Shown one piece after another: positions 45,615 through 55,197 of a DNA stretch of 64,000 nt. Source of the DNA: Vampirovibrionales bacterium (GTDB lineage: Bacteria; Cyanobacteriota; Vampirovibrionia; Vampirovibrionales; JAJTHC01); contig JBIKNF010000010.1 in assembly GCA_044358835.1 (NCBI GenBank), positions 1,753 through 65,752 of the forward strand, written 5' to 3'. A program made the position numbers and the translations under genes. Each line of letters opens with the position of its first letter. Position 1 is the stretch's first letter. Under the pieces are notes generated by a model. The model did not search any database and was not told the origin of the DNA. It worked only from the letters and a program-made list of their open reading frames with translations.

Positions 45615-48320
45615 TTAAAAAGCACCTGCTAAACTAGGGTGTACTTCTACGCCGGCACGTTTTAATAGGGCATTGATATTGAGTAGTAAGGTAACCCGTT
45701 CTTGAATCAAGGCCGAACCATACAAGCACGGCTCTTCAATAAGATCAGTGTCTAAACGATAATCTACTTCAAGGCTGTCAATAATTTCAGCCACCCAAAT
45801 GCCGACCTTCCCTTTGCCTGCCAAAGGTAAAATAAGGTATCCATTTTCGTCTTCTGGGTTTGGAGTTCTTATGTTTAAATACTGTTCTAAGCGAATGATG
45901 GAAATGGTTTCATTGTGCATACGAACAAATTCACGATTCCCAACGGACTCAATATGCTTGGCCTTAATGTATTCTAAACGCAAGACTTCCGCTAAAGGTA
46001 CGGCAAAAGGTTCTTGAGGGTTATTTTGAAAGAGTAAAACCGATTGCTTTTCAAGTAAGGGAGATAATAAATTACCCGCGGGGTCAAATTCAAACCCATC
46101 GACAATGGACGTGCCAGTCCGTTGTTTTTCTAATTCTTGCCGACGTAAGTGTTCTGTTTGTACGCCACTAAAGTCCAGTTCACTTTGTGTGGCAATACCC
46201 ACCACGTCGCAAATCATGGCCACACTACCATCCCCCATAATGGTTGTACCACTAAAGGCATGCACATTTTTAATCAGTGTTGACAAGGGTTTTACGACAA
46301 TATCTTCAATGTCATAGGCTTCATCTACAATTAAACCGTATTGATTAATCCCAACGCTTAAGACCAATAAAGTGTAATCGCTTTCGGGCGATTGACGTCT
46401 AATTTCGGGGATTTGTTCAATGGCAACGGGGTCGTTAAAGCGTGCATCTTCAATCGTGCGACGCGCTTCGTTAGGCTTTCTAAGGTTCAACACATCATCG
46501 AGCTTGACTAAGGGAAGCCAATTGCCTCTTAATCGTAAGACAGACGCTTGCCCAATACGTTCAATACGTTGATGCACTTCATTGGCTTTTACACGCACCA
46601 GTTCCAGTAAGTTCACTCGAGGCACCGCAAAGCGTTCTTCACCCACCCCAACCACTAAACAAGGAATAATGGCCAAAGTTAAAGGCAATTGTAAGATGAC
46701 GGCCGATCCCTTCCCTAAGGTGGATTCCAAATACACATGCCCGCCTAGGGCTTCAATGTTAGCGCGAACTACATCCATTCCTACACCCCGGCCAGAAAGA
46801 TCCGTCACGGCTTCGGCGGTGGAAAGGCCAGCATGAAAAATAAGGTTTAATTTTTCTTGATGGCTTAAATCATCAAATTCAGCTTGGCTCATTACGCCAT
46901 TAGCAATTGCTTTGCGTCCCAAGGCTTCGGTGTCAATGCCTTTACCATCGTCTTCAATACGTAAGTGAATTTGCCCCGCTTCATGAAACGCATGCAAGGT
47001 AATGGTACCAGAAGGAGATTTGCCTGCTGCTTTTCGTTGTTCTGGGGATTCAATGCCGTGATCACAAGCATTACGGATCATATGCGTCAAGGGGTCACTT
47101 AAGCCTTCTAAAATGCTTTTGTCTAGTTCTACATCTTGCCCAATCATTTGTAACTGGATTTTTTTGTTTAATTGCTTAGCAAGATCACGCACAACACGAG
47201 GGAAACGCCGAAATACGTTTTCAATGGGTTGCATGCGGGTTTGCATAATGTGATCTTGTAACTGATTGGTGACGGTGTTAATACTTTCTAACACTTGAAC
47301 GAAGCTTTCGTTTTTGGTGCTAAGTTGTTTGTCAGACTGAACGGCACGCATCAGTTGATTGCGAGCCAGTACCAGTTCGCCCGCAAAATCCATAAGGGTA
47401 TTCAACAAATCCACACGCACTCGAAGGGTGTCATAACTCACTTCGGCAGTTGAAGTACTAGGGGCTTCGACTTTAATTTCAGCCGTTTTATTGTAAACTT
47501 CAGCGTCCGATTGTTCTACATAGACGCCTTCATCCACAACAGGGACTTCATAATCATCTAACTGTGATTCTGCTAAGTCTAAGGCATGCAACACCAAGTC
47601 TTTTTCTAAAACGGTTGCAAATAGCACATGAAAATTCGGGGGTGGCGCATCGCTTTCCAGTTCAGAAACAGTAGATGCCAGAACGGCACCAATGGAGTCG
47701 ATCGTACCAATAAAATCCTTATAGCTCCGGTGCATGTCAAATAAATGTAGGTTTGTGTCCAATTTAGCCACATAGACAAACTGACCCAAACGTTTCGCTT
47801 TTTCGATGCAGTCGCGTTCAACATAAAGAGAAGGATTCACTTTGTCATTATGTACACGGACTTTTGATTCATCGGTGCTTTCAACGGGTTGAGCCAAGGT
47901 AAGGGAAGCAGGGCCAGCTAGGTAGGGGGTGTCTGCCTTGGTGTAGTGTGTAAGGGCTTCTTCTAAAGCAGAAGTATCTAGTCGCTCACTCCGCTGAATA
48001 TCTTCTACCATCACATTTAGCAAATCTACACCCATTAGTAAGGGTTCAACGACATGGGGATGAGGAATCAATACGCCGTCTCTTACTCGCATTAAGACGC
48101 TTTCCATCAGGTGAGACACTTGCTTTAAGCGTTCAAAACCAAAGAAGCCAGAAGCCCCTTTAATACTATGAATGGCTCTAAAAATACGGTTCACGATTTC
48201 TTGGCTGACTTCGGGGGCTTGTTTTTCAAGGGCCAATAAGTCAGGTTCAATGGATTCAAGATGCTCGGCACTTTCGCTTAGGAAGTCTTGTAATAGGGAA
48301 TCGTCTTGATGTTCACTCAT
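45615..48320 (-). CDS. cheA: Chemotaxis histidine kinase CheA (HPt, dimerisation and HATPase domains, plus two C-terminal CheW-like domains)
   Basis: HPt His in AIHSIKGASGFFG. HATPase N, G1 and G2 boxes (HMIRNACDHGIE, DDGKGID, GRGVGMDVV). Two P5/CheW-like modules at the C-terminus. 901 aa. Confidence 0.9.
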   Translation of the reverse strand: MSEHQDDSLLQDFLSESAEHLESIEPDLLALEKQAPEVSQEIVNRIFRAIHSIKGASGFFGFERLKQVSHLMESVLMRVRDGVLIPHPHVVEPLLMGVDLLNVMVEDIQRSERLDTSALEEALTHYTKADTPYLAGPASLTLAQPVESTDESKVRVHNDKVNPSLYVERDCIEKAKRLGQFVYVAKLDTNLHLFDMHRSYKDFIGTIDSIGAVLASTVSELESDAPPPNFHVLFATVLEKDLVLHALDLAESQLDDYEVPVVDEGVYVEQSDAEVYNKTAEIKVEAPSTSTAEVSYDTLRVRVDLLNTLMDFAGELVLARNQLMRAVQSDKQLSTKNESFVQVLESINTVTNQLQDHIMQTRMQPIENVFRRFPRVVRDLAKQLNKKIQLQMIGQDVELDKSILEGLSDPLTHMIRNACDHGIESPEQRKAAGKSPSGTITLHAFHEAGQIHLRIEDDGKGIDTEALGRKAIANGVMSQAEFDDLSHQEKLNLIFHAGLSTAEAVTDLSGRGVGMDVVRANIEALGGHVYLESTLGKGSAVILQLPLTLAIIPCLVVGVGEERFAVPRVNLLELVRVKANEVHQRIERIGQASVLRLRGNWLPLVKLDDVLNLRKPNEARRTIEDARFNDPVAIEQIPEIRRQSPESDYTLLVLSVGINQYGLIVDEAYDIEDIVVKPLSTLIKNVHAFSGTTIMGDGSVAMICDVVGIATQSELDFSGVQTEHLRRQELEKQRTGTSIVDGFEFDPAGNLLSPLLEKQSVLLFQNNPQEPFAVPLAEVLRLEYIKAKHIESVGNREFVRMHNETISIIRLEQYLNIRTPNPEDENGYLILPLAGKGKVGIWVAEIIDSLEVDYRLDTDLIEEPCLYGSALIQERVTLLLNINALLKRAGVEVHPSLAGAF

Positions 48321-48684
48321 TTTTTTGGGGGTCCTTATACTGATCCGTTAAAAGGTTAATGTCTTATGGGGTTTTTGAAGTCTGTAGAATGGATTCCTTG
48401 TTTACAGGGTTCGTATAGTAAGCTGTACTTGCGATACATCTGTCAACGTCGGTTCTGAGAAGGCAGGGGTCTGTGCTTAATTCATAAAATAAGGTGTTAA
48501 AACGACACGTTTATAACTAGATGATTAGAACTTCATAATCAGACCTAAGCGATAAACGTTACGCGAGCCTAAACGGCCACTTATAATCATTGTAAAGGGG
48601 TGCCACTTCATTATGGAACGTCGCCCAGCCTTTTCAATCATTCAGGGGATGAATGTTCTCTATATATTTTCAATGATTTTAAAA

Positions 48685-49374
48685 TCATCCATTCAAAGGA
48701 AGCTTCCACAATCCGCGTTTTTCAGATTGAGCCTTTTTTTCTAGGTGTTTCATTTCGTCTTGATGAGCGTAATTGGGGGCATAAATCATTACTTTGGCCA
48801 GCCCCGATTTCAATAAACCTTCATTAACACTTAGGCCACCTGTTGGCTGTAAATAAACCCATGCTAGGGTTCGACCATAACGGTCTCTTATTTTTTTGTC
48901 AAATTCTAAGTAAACAACCTTATTTTGGGTCAACCCTTGGGTATATGCCTTGGCTTCTAAACCAAAGGGTTGAGCTTTCCCACTAGGGTTTCGCTTAGAA
49001 CGCTTGGTTTCTGGGGTATCTACTTGTAAGAAACGAATGTTTTCGTTGGGAGGTTCTAGCAAGCCGTTGCCGTTTAGATCACACGAAATGGTGTCTCCGT
49101 CAATGATTTTGAGTACTTTGCATGGTTTTCGATCACTAGATTCCAGCTGGGGGCTTAACTGTTTTGTAGGGGCTTGATTCGGCGTTTGAGCCTGAGGCGT
49201 TGAGCTTGGCAGCTGTGTTTGCTTTTTCATAGATGTAGAGCGTTGTTCAAGGGAAGGGGAGAGAGGAGGCGATGTTAAATTCATCCATTCATTGGGGATC
49301 AGTAGAATCCCAATAAACACCACAAGTATTAAGATAAATCGTTTGCGCAAAAAGCGAAAAACAGTTTTTTTCAT
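48685..49374 (-). CDS. Secreted or membrane-anchored thermonuclease (staphylococcal-nuclease, SNase-like)
   Basis: N-terminal hydrophobic anchor. SNase fold motifs IDGDTISC...FLQVDTPETK...GRTLAWVY. Confidence 0.65.
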   Translation of the reverse strand: MKKTVFRFLRKRFILILVVFIGILLIPNEWMNLTSPPLSPSLEQRSTSMKKQTQLPSSTPQAQTPNQAPTKQLSPQLESSDRKPCKVLKIIDGDTISCDLNGNGLLEPPNENIRFLQVDTPETKRSKRNPSGKAQPFGLEAKAYTQGLTQNKVVYLEFDKKIRDRYGRTLAWVYLQPTGGLSVNEGLLKSGLAKVMIYAPNYAHQDEMKHLEKKAQSEKRGLWKLPLNG

Positions 49375-49475
49375 CAGTCACCCTTCTTTTGCGTCATTAA
49401 TGTACATAAGAAAAGATACAAAAGCCCTTATTTTTAAAAATAAGGGCTTTTACGGTATTCGATGCTTGACACGAT

Positions 49476-50486
49476 TTAGACGACAAACTCTTCACAAGCG
49501 GACGTTAAATCCGTATTAGCAATAAAGTTTTCATTGTGAAAAGGTACATCCATGGGAGCGTATTCACGCAACAATGGAATGTTTGTTTTCAAACGATCGG
49601 CATAGGTGGGTAAGTTCACTTTCCAATAAGTGCCTAACACCACACGATCCGTTAAACGATACGCTTCCGCAATAGCGGCGATTTTCTTGGCTTGGTAGGC
49701 TTCTAAATCATCGGGGTCTTCTACGAAACCAGTATAGCCCGTTTCTTCCAAGTACTGTAAACGGGGCAACTCGCTTTGACCTGAATTCACCGTTTCCGTA
49801 TAGTATTCTTTAGGGTGTAAGTCATTGTAAGTCGGGCAAGGCTGATGAACATCTACCAAGCTAACCCCACGATGATTGATTGCATCCATAATTGTTTGCT
49901 TGAGATGCTTGGCATCAAAAGCGTAAGAACGCGCCACAAAGGTAAAGCCTGAAGCAATGGCTAAGGCCAAGGGGTTAATGGCTTGTGAAATATGAGGTAA
50001 TGCCAAGCTCTTAGGTTGCATGCCTACTTCTAAAGTCGGAGAAGCCTGCCCTTTGGTCAGCCCATAGACTTCGTTGTCAAAAACAATGTAGGTAATATCT
50101 ACATTACGACGACCCGCGTGTATAAAGTGCCCAGCCCCAATTCCGTAACCGTCTCCATCGCCCCCTGTGGCGATGACCACGTTATTGGGATTGGCGATTT
50201 TAGCGCCTAAAGCGTAAGGCAACACACGCCCATGAAGGGTGTGAATACCGTAGGCTTGAAGATATTGAGCGGATTTGCCTGAACAACCGATTCCTGCAAA
50301 AAACTCCACTTTCCAAGGTTGAAGTTGCAGTTCAGAAACGGCTTGCTGAATCGCATTAACGATGCCAAAATCCCCACATCCCGGGCACCAGTCAGGGTTC
50401 TTGTCTGAACGCAATTGAAAGGGCTTCAATTTAACGTCCAACGTTGGGAAGGATTGTTCGGTTTGTTGTTTAGTGGCCATTGACAA
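49476..50486 (-). CDS. korB: 2-oxoacid:ferredoxin oxidoreductase beta subunit (TPP-binding), KorB/OorB-like
   Basis: The CPGCGDFGI motif, the TPP-binding GDG...N region, and overlap or coupling with the alpha-subunit gene. Confidence 0.8.
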   Translation of the reverse strand: MSMATKQQTEQSFPTLDVKLKPFQLRSDKNPDWCPGCGDFGIVNAIQQAVSELQLQPWKVEFFAGIGCSGKSAQYLQAYGIHTLHGRVLPYALGAKIANPNNVVIATGGDGDGYGIGAGHFIHAGRRNVDITYIVFDNEVYGLTKGQASPTLEVGMQPKSLALPHISQAINPLALAIASGFTFVARSYAFDAKHLKQTIMDAINHRGVSLVDVHQPCPTYNDLHPKEYYTETVNSGQSELPRLQYLEETGYTGFVEDPDDLEAYQAKKIAAIAEAYRLTDRVVLGTYWKVNLPTYADRLKTNIPLLREYAPMDVPFHNENFIANTDLTSACEEFVV

Positions 50487-52314
50487 GCACCACCTTTCTT
50501 GATTGCTTTTCTTTCACTTCTGTAACGGCTTGTATAATTTCACATTGTGAAAATGGACGCCCCGTGTATTTGACAGCTTTATGTTCAATGTCAATACCCG
50601 TTTCTTGACGAATCAACTTAGCCAACTGATTGGTGAAATTGCTCTCAATAATCAAACGTTGCTTGGCATTGTTTAAAATACGTGTAATGGCTTCAACTGG
50701 GAAGGGAGACATCAAACGAATATGCAGATAATTAACGGATTGACCTTGTTCTTTGAAGCGATCCAGTGCATCAAGCGCAGATCCTTTGGTAGATCCCCAG
50801 CCCACAATCGTGAGGTCAGCATTTTCTGGACCGTACAATTTAAACTGTAGGTGTTCAGGAATTTCTTTGGAGGCGGTAACCAGTTTTCGGGCTCGCTTTT
50901 CCATCATTTGCATACGAATAGCGGGCTCTTCTGTAATAAAGCCGTATTCTGTATGTTCATCTCCTGTTAAGAAGTGAATTCCACCAGGTGTACCCGGAAT
51001 AGTCCGAGGGGAAATACCGTCTTCTGTTATTTGAAAGCGTGGGAACTTGGGCAGTCCAGTGGAAGGGTCCGCCGGATCGTAGGAATCCACTTTAGTGATT
51101 TGCTTACCACGATCAATAAGCAAGCCTTGATCCGCAAACTTTTTAATGCTTTGTGTGGAATTGGCTAAAGCCTTGTCCACCAAAACAATCACAGGGGTTT
51201 GGTAACGTTCTGCGAAGTTAAAGCAGTTAAAGCCGTCTTCAAAGCACTCTTCCATATCTCCAGGAGACAAAACAATTTTGGGGAAGTCCCCATGCCCAAT
51301 GTTTACCGCAAACAACAAGTCGCCTTGTTCACTACGAGTAGGCAGACCTGTGGAAGGGCCTCCACGCATGTAGTTAAAGATAACGGTAGGCACTTCGTTC
51401 ATGCCAGCCCAGCCGATGCCTTCTGCTTTTAAGCAGAACCCAGGGCCAGACGTTGCAGTGGCAACTCGAGCACCCGTTACAGCAGCACCATTGGCCATGT
51501 TGATTGAAGCAATTTCATCTTCGGCTTGATACACCACAATGCCGTATTCGCTATGTTGTTCTAGGTAAATACATTCATCAACCGCAGGGGTGATGGAATA
51601 GTAGGTTTGAAAACGCATCCCTGCTTTTAATTTACCAATCCCACAAGCGGCAGCTCCGTTCATGAGTAAGCGTGATTCAGGTTCAGGCTTATGGGACTGT
51701 TCTTGCATTTGATATTTGAAGTCTTTGGCCTCCGCAATGGCTTGAATGGCTTCATAGGCCTTCACCCCTGCTTTAAGGTTAATGGCCACCAGCTTGGATT
51801 TTTTGCCACGAAACAAGCCTTTAAGGGCTTCTTCAAGGACTTCAACACCCACACCGTACAAAGCAAGAGAAGCCGCCACTGAAATGGTGTTTTTAACAAT
51901 GGCCAGCTTTGCAGCGGGCTTGCCTTCTTCTTCAGCCAATTCACGAATAATGCCTTCATAATCTAAAGGGAACAGCTTGACGCTGGCATCCATTTCAAGC
52001 ACTTCAGGCTTGGTTAAACCTGGATCGTAAATCAAGGCGCCTTCGGGTAAAATTTCGTGGGCATGAATAACGGCCGTGGAATCTTCAAAGGTCGCCAGCA
52101 TATGAATGGGGTCAATATGCGAACGCACCACATCGTGACTGGCACGTATTTGAAAGTAACTATGCTTTCCCTTAATGTTTGAGTGATACTCCCGTTTCCC
52201 GTAGACCCAAAATCCAGCAACCGCCATTGCACGGGCAAATAAGGTTGCTGAAGAATCGACACCACTGCCTTGCGGGCCACCGATCATCCAGCTTGTTTCA
52301 GTTATTCGGCTCAT
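50470..52314 (-). CDS. korA: 2-oxoacid:ferredoxin oxidoreductase alpha subunit (fused gamma/alpha domains), KorA-like
   Basis: 614 aa. N-terminal gamma-like domain MIGGPQGSGVDSSATLFARA, then pyrimidine-binding and transketolase-C-like domains (GHGDFPKIVLSPGD). Confidence 0.8.
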   Translation of the reverse strand: MSRITETSWMIGGPQGSGVDSSATLFARAMAVAGFWVYGKREYHSNIKGKHSYFQIRASHDVVRSHIDPIHMLATFEDSTAVIHAHEILPEGALIYDPGLTKPEVLEMDASVKLFPLDYEGIIRELAEEEGKPAAKLAIVKNTISVAASLALYGVGVEVLEEALKGLFRGKKSKLVAINLKAGVKAYEAIQAIAEAKDFKYQMQEQSHKPEPESRLLMNGAAACGIGKLKAGMRFQTYYSITPAVDECIYLEQHSEYGIVVYQAEDEIASINMANGAAVTGARVATATSGPGFCLKAEGIGWAGMNEVPTVIFNYMRGGPSTGLPTRSEQGDLLFAVNIGHGDFPKIVLSPGDMEECFEDGFNCFNFAERYQTPVIVLVDKALANSTQSIKKFADQGLLIDRGKQITKVDSYDPADPSTGLPKFPRFQITEDGISPRTIPGTPGGIHFLTGDEHTEYGFITEEPAIRMQMMEKRARKLVTASKEIPEHLQFKLYGPENADLTIVGWGSTKGSALDALDRFKEQGQSVNYLHIRLMSPFPVEAITRILNNAKQRLIIESNFTNQLAKLIRQETGIDIEHKAVKYTGRPFSQCEIIQAVTEVKEKQSRKVVLVNGH

Positions 52315-52513
52315 AGAACAACATCCTTGGGCTTAAAGCCACCGTCTTAAAATCCTCAAAATGAGGATGAGACACGTTTGTAACTGTCATAATAGGACTT
52401 GGGCACCACCTTCTTTTTCTGCACGAAAGCATTTTAAAGCAAGTAAGAGACAAAATACCTATTTTTAACAATTCTAGTTTAGCACACCCTGAAAATAGAG
52501 CAAACCTTTTTCT

Positions 52514-52550
52514 ATAAAAAAAATCCCATGCCTTCACAAAAAAGCATGGG
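52514..52550 (-). terminator. Rho-independent terminator of the 52621-53988 gene
   Basis: Minus strand: cccatgc-ttttttgtgaagg-gcatggg followed by TTTTTTTT. Confidence 0.65.
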
Positions 52551-52620
52551 AACTAACACTGCTTTGAAAAATCCGTTTTTCAGTGGTATTTGTTTACCTT
52601 AGGGACTTTATAGGAAAGTC

Positions 52621-53988
52621 CTAATACTGTGGCTTACTTTGCTGTATGGCTTTAGCGATATTTTCTTTTCCTTCGGTGTCCATGTGTTGTGCCATGGCAT
52701 GTAAGAAGGCATTGCCTGTTACGGAAGGATTCTTAAGAGGGGTTGTGGGATTTTTAGCAACCACAGGGGTTGGGGCCTGGGTGATTTTACCGTAGCGTTG
52801 GGCTTGCTTGCGAGCGATCGCTTCTTTGACTCTAAGATTGACGCCTTCTTCAGTAATTAATTCGGACTGTTGAGGAGCATCAGGGGCTGAGACAAATCCC
52901 GTATGCTTCATTCTTTCACGCACCCGATGCAGGGTGTTTTGATGGGTAGGCTTTGGGGGGGGCTTTAAACGACTCGCGTAAGAATCACGGATTGCTTCAG
53001 AAGGTGTGAGTCCCAAGGGCATGCTCGCTTCTGGAATAATAAAGCGTTTATTTGAGTCCAAGGGGTAAGCTTCTAAAGCGTGTGACTTTTTTAATTTACT
53101 CAAGAAAAAGAAACCTATTGTGCTAACGAACAAAAACCCCAAAAGTAAGTTGCTATGTGCTTTTGCCCATTGAACCAGCAACACAAAAAGGGTTTGAAGC
53201 GTTTGACGAATGCTCGTGTCTTCAAGGGTTTCATTTTCTTCATCATCTAGCTCATCAAGGGCATCACTTTCAATGGCAATGGGCATATTGGCAAGGTTTG
53301 GATCATTTTCAAGCAATGAAGACACGCGAGGATGCTTGAGGCTATTGGTGTTTGGATTTAATTCAACAGAAAGATCATCAGTGGCGGGTTGAGACTTTAT
53401 TGAGTGGCTTGTAGAAGTTGAGGGGGTAGTGGGGGGAACTTCAATAGGTGTGGGGATTTTTTTAATTTCGCCACTTTCTATGGCCAAAAACACATCACCC
53501 GCTGAAGCTTTTGACGACTGAAGGGGTTTACTAACTGGGCGAAGCAGTCTTGAGTGCTGTTTAACTAACGTTGCTTGCTTAAACGTATTGGGCGAACGAG
53601 ACTTATTGAGTTCCCGAAAGCCTACAACAGGAAGGGTTAATCCTCTGCCTTCAATCATGAGTTGAAGATGCCCATTGTCTAAATGTTTTACACGAACGTT
53701 GTCAATAGAAGGGGCTTTTTCGTATTGAATGGCAAAGACATTGGAGGTAAGGGTTGTCTCATACAAGTCTAAAACAATTGCTTTACCTTGTTGTTTAGCT
53801 TCATGGCGTAAGGGCGAATCGGTGTGAATGTATAGATTTAAGGTGCCTTGTTCTTCTCGTAAATCCACCCCATTGATATGGCTAATAGCCTGCGCTGAAA
53901 GTGTTGTTGAAATACATATAATGTTCAGTAATACCCAAGCCAAAAATAGAATGGGGTGTTGGCCAAAGAAGATCTTAGGAAAGTTCAT
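52621..53988 (-). CDS. Hypothetical membrane protein with an N-terminal AMIN-like beta domain and long disordered regions
   Basis: Signal or TM segment, a roughly 100-aa beta-rich domain (VDLREEQGTLNLYIHTDSPL...IVLDLYETTL), a second TM helix, and Pro/Lys-rich low-complexity stretches. Confidence 0.4.
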   Translation of the reverse strand: MNFPKIFFGQHPILFLAWVLLNIICISTTLSAQAISHINGVDLREEQGTLNLYIHTDSPLRHEAKQQGKAIVLDLYETTLTSNVFAIQYEKAPSIDNVRVKHLDNGHLQLMIEGRGLTLPVVGFRELNKSRSPNTFKQATLVKQHSRLLRPVSKPLQSSKASAGDVFLAIESGEIKKIPTPIEVPPTTPSTSTSHSIKSQPATDDLSVELNPNTNSLKHPRVSSLLENDPNLANMPIAIESDALDELDDEENETLEDTSIRQTLQTLFVLLVQWAKAHSNLLLGFLFVSTIGFFFLSKLKKSHALEAYPLDSNKRFIIPEASMPLGLTPSEAIRDSYASRLKPPPKPTHQNTLHRVRERMKHTGFVSAPDAPQQSELITEEGVNLRVKEAIARKQAQRYGKITQAPTPVVAKNPTTPLKNPSVTGNAFLHAMAQHMDTEGKENIAKAIQQSKPQY

Positions 53989-54068
53989 CGTTTTTGTCTC
54001 TCTCTATATCATCAAGCAGTGAAATTATTGAAAAGTGTTAGTTGAATCCGTTGGTCTTTCAGTACGGT

Positions 54069-54218
54069 TATAGTGTTTGAAAGATGAAACAGGCGATGAG
54101 GCTATTCTAGGAGCCTCGGTTTTTTTGTGCGGGCGTGTAGGCAGAACTACATAACCAAACAAAAAAATCGTAGCGACAACGAAGAGATCAAAGACCCTTT
54201 TATCTATCGCTTACTATA
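54069..54218 (+). repeat. Copy (A) of the ~150-nt 5'-region repeat family
   Basis: tatagtgtttgaaagatgaaacaggcgatgaggctattctaggagcc...tttttttgtgcgggcgtg...cataaccaaacaaaaaaatcgtagcgacaacgaagaga...actata. About 90 % identical to copy B at 60709-60858. Confidence 0.85.
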
Positions 54219-54429
54219 AAATCAGTTTGACACAGTGCCAGAGGCTTGACCTTATACCTTGGGATGAAAGCTCTCTAATCCCAAAGGTGTATCTCCTCCA
54301 TTAAAAGCTCTACATTTAGGGAACTCCCACTCTAAGCCAAGTAAATACGATACAATAGCGAATATCTTTACAGAACAACGTAATATCTAGAAAATCTGCA
54401 ATGATTTTGACTAGCACAGGTTTTCCTTT

Positions 54430-55107
54430 ATGTCTACATCTTTACGAAAATACGATGAAGAATTTAACTGGTACGCGCCTTTGGACGATTCCCCAAGGGC
54501 ATGGACGATGCTAAAGCATTTGGGATTATTGCTGTGGCAGCGTTTGCTTACGCCGTCTGAAAAAAAATGTATGGTTGCCTCCGTCGAAATAAAAGGGAAG
54601 AAAGAACCCCCCCCGCGTCGTTTTGAAACACCGTTAAAACGCTTGCCTTTAATAGTTCCCCCAAGCATAGCCACTTACTCGTCAACCCTTGCCTCTTGGA
54701 ATCCTTATGACCTGACTTCTTTACCAGAAGAAGAGATGCCTGCTTTCGTCGCGGATTCAAAGGGTCTTTACAAAAATAGTGGTTTTGAAAAAGAACGCGG
54801 AAGAGAACTTTCTCAAGAGCGTCCCGTCACAGAAACCCACTCTATTTCAGTTTTACCACTCGAACCACCTAAAACTTTAGAATCTATTGACGACATTAAC
54901 ACCTGGATTTTATTGAACATTGATGAAACAGCGAAAGACACTGGGCAAGAAACCCCGACTGTAGAAGAAGAGACGTTGCCTGTTTTATTCAATGGTTCTC
55001 AAAATAAGGTATCCTCTCTTAAATCGACGCCCTTAGAACAACATGTTGCACAAACGAAAGCGTCTATTGATGCCTTGGTGAATGCGTATTTTTCTCAAAC
55101 CCGGTAA
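54430..55107 (+). CDS. Hypothetical protein (predicted largely disordered)
   Basis: 225-aa ORF. No recognisable domain. Confidence 0.35.
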   Translation: MSTSLRKYDEEFNWYAPLDDSPRAWTMLKHLGLLLWQRLLTPSEKKCMVASVEIKGKKEPPPRRFETPLKRLPLIVPPSIATYSSTLASWNPYDLTSLPEEEMPAFVADSKGLYKNSGFEKERGRELSQERPVTETHSISVLPLEPPKTLESIDDINTWILLNIDETAKDTGQETPTVEEETLPVLFNGSQNKVSSLKSTPLEQHVAQTKASIDALVNAYFSQTR

Positions 55108-55197
55108 TCTCTGATGAGGCTTCCTGTAGTTGGCTTTTTAGATAGTTGGGTGTAGAATAAAGCTATATTTATGCAACCCCCCTTGAGACTTTACCTC

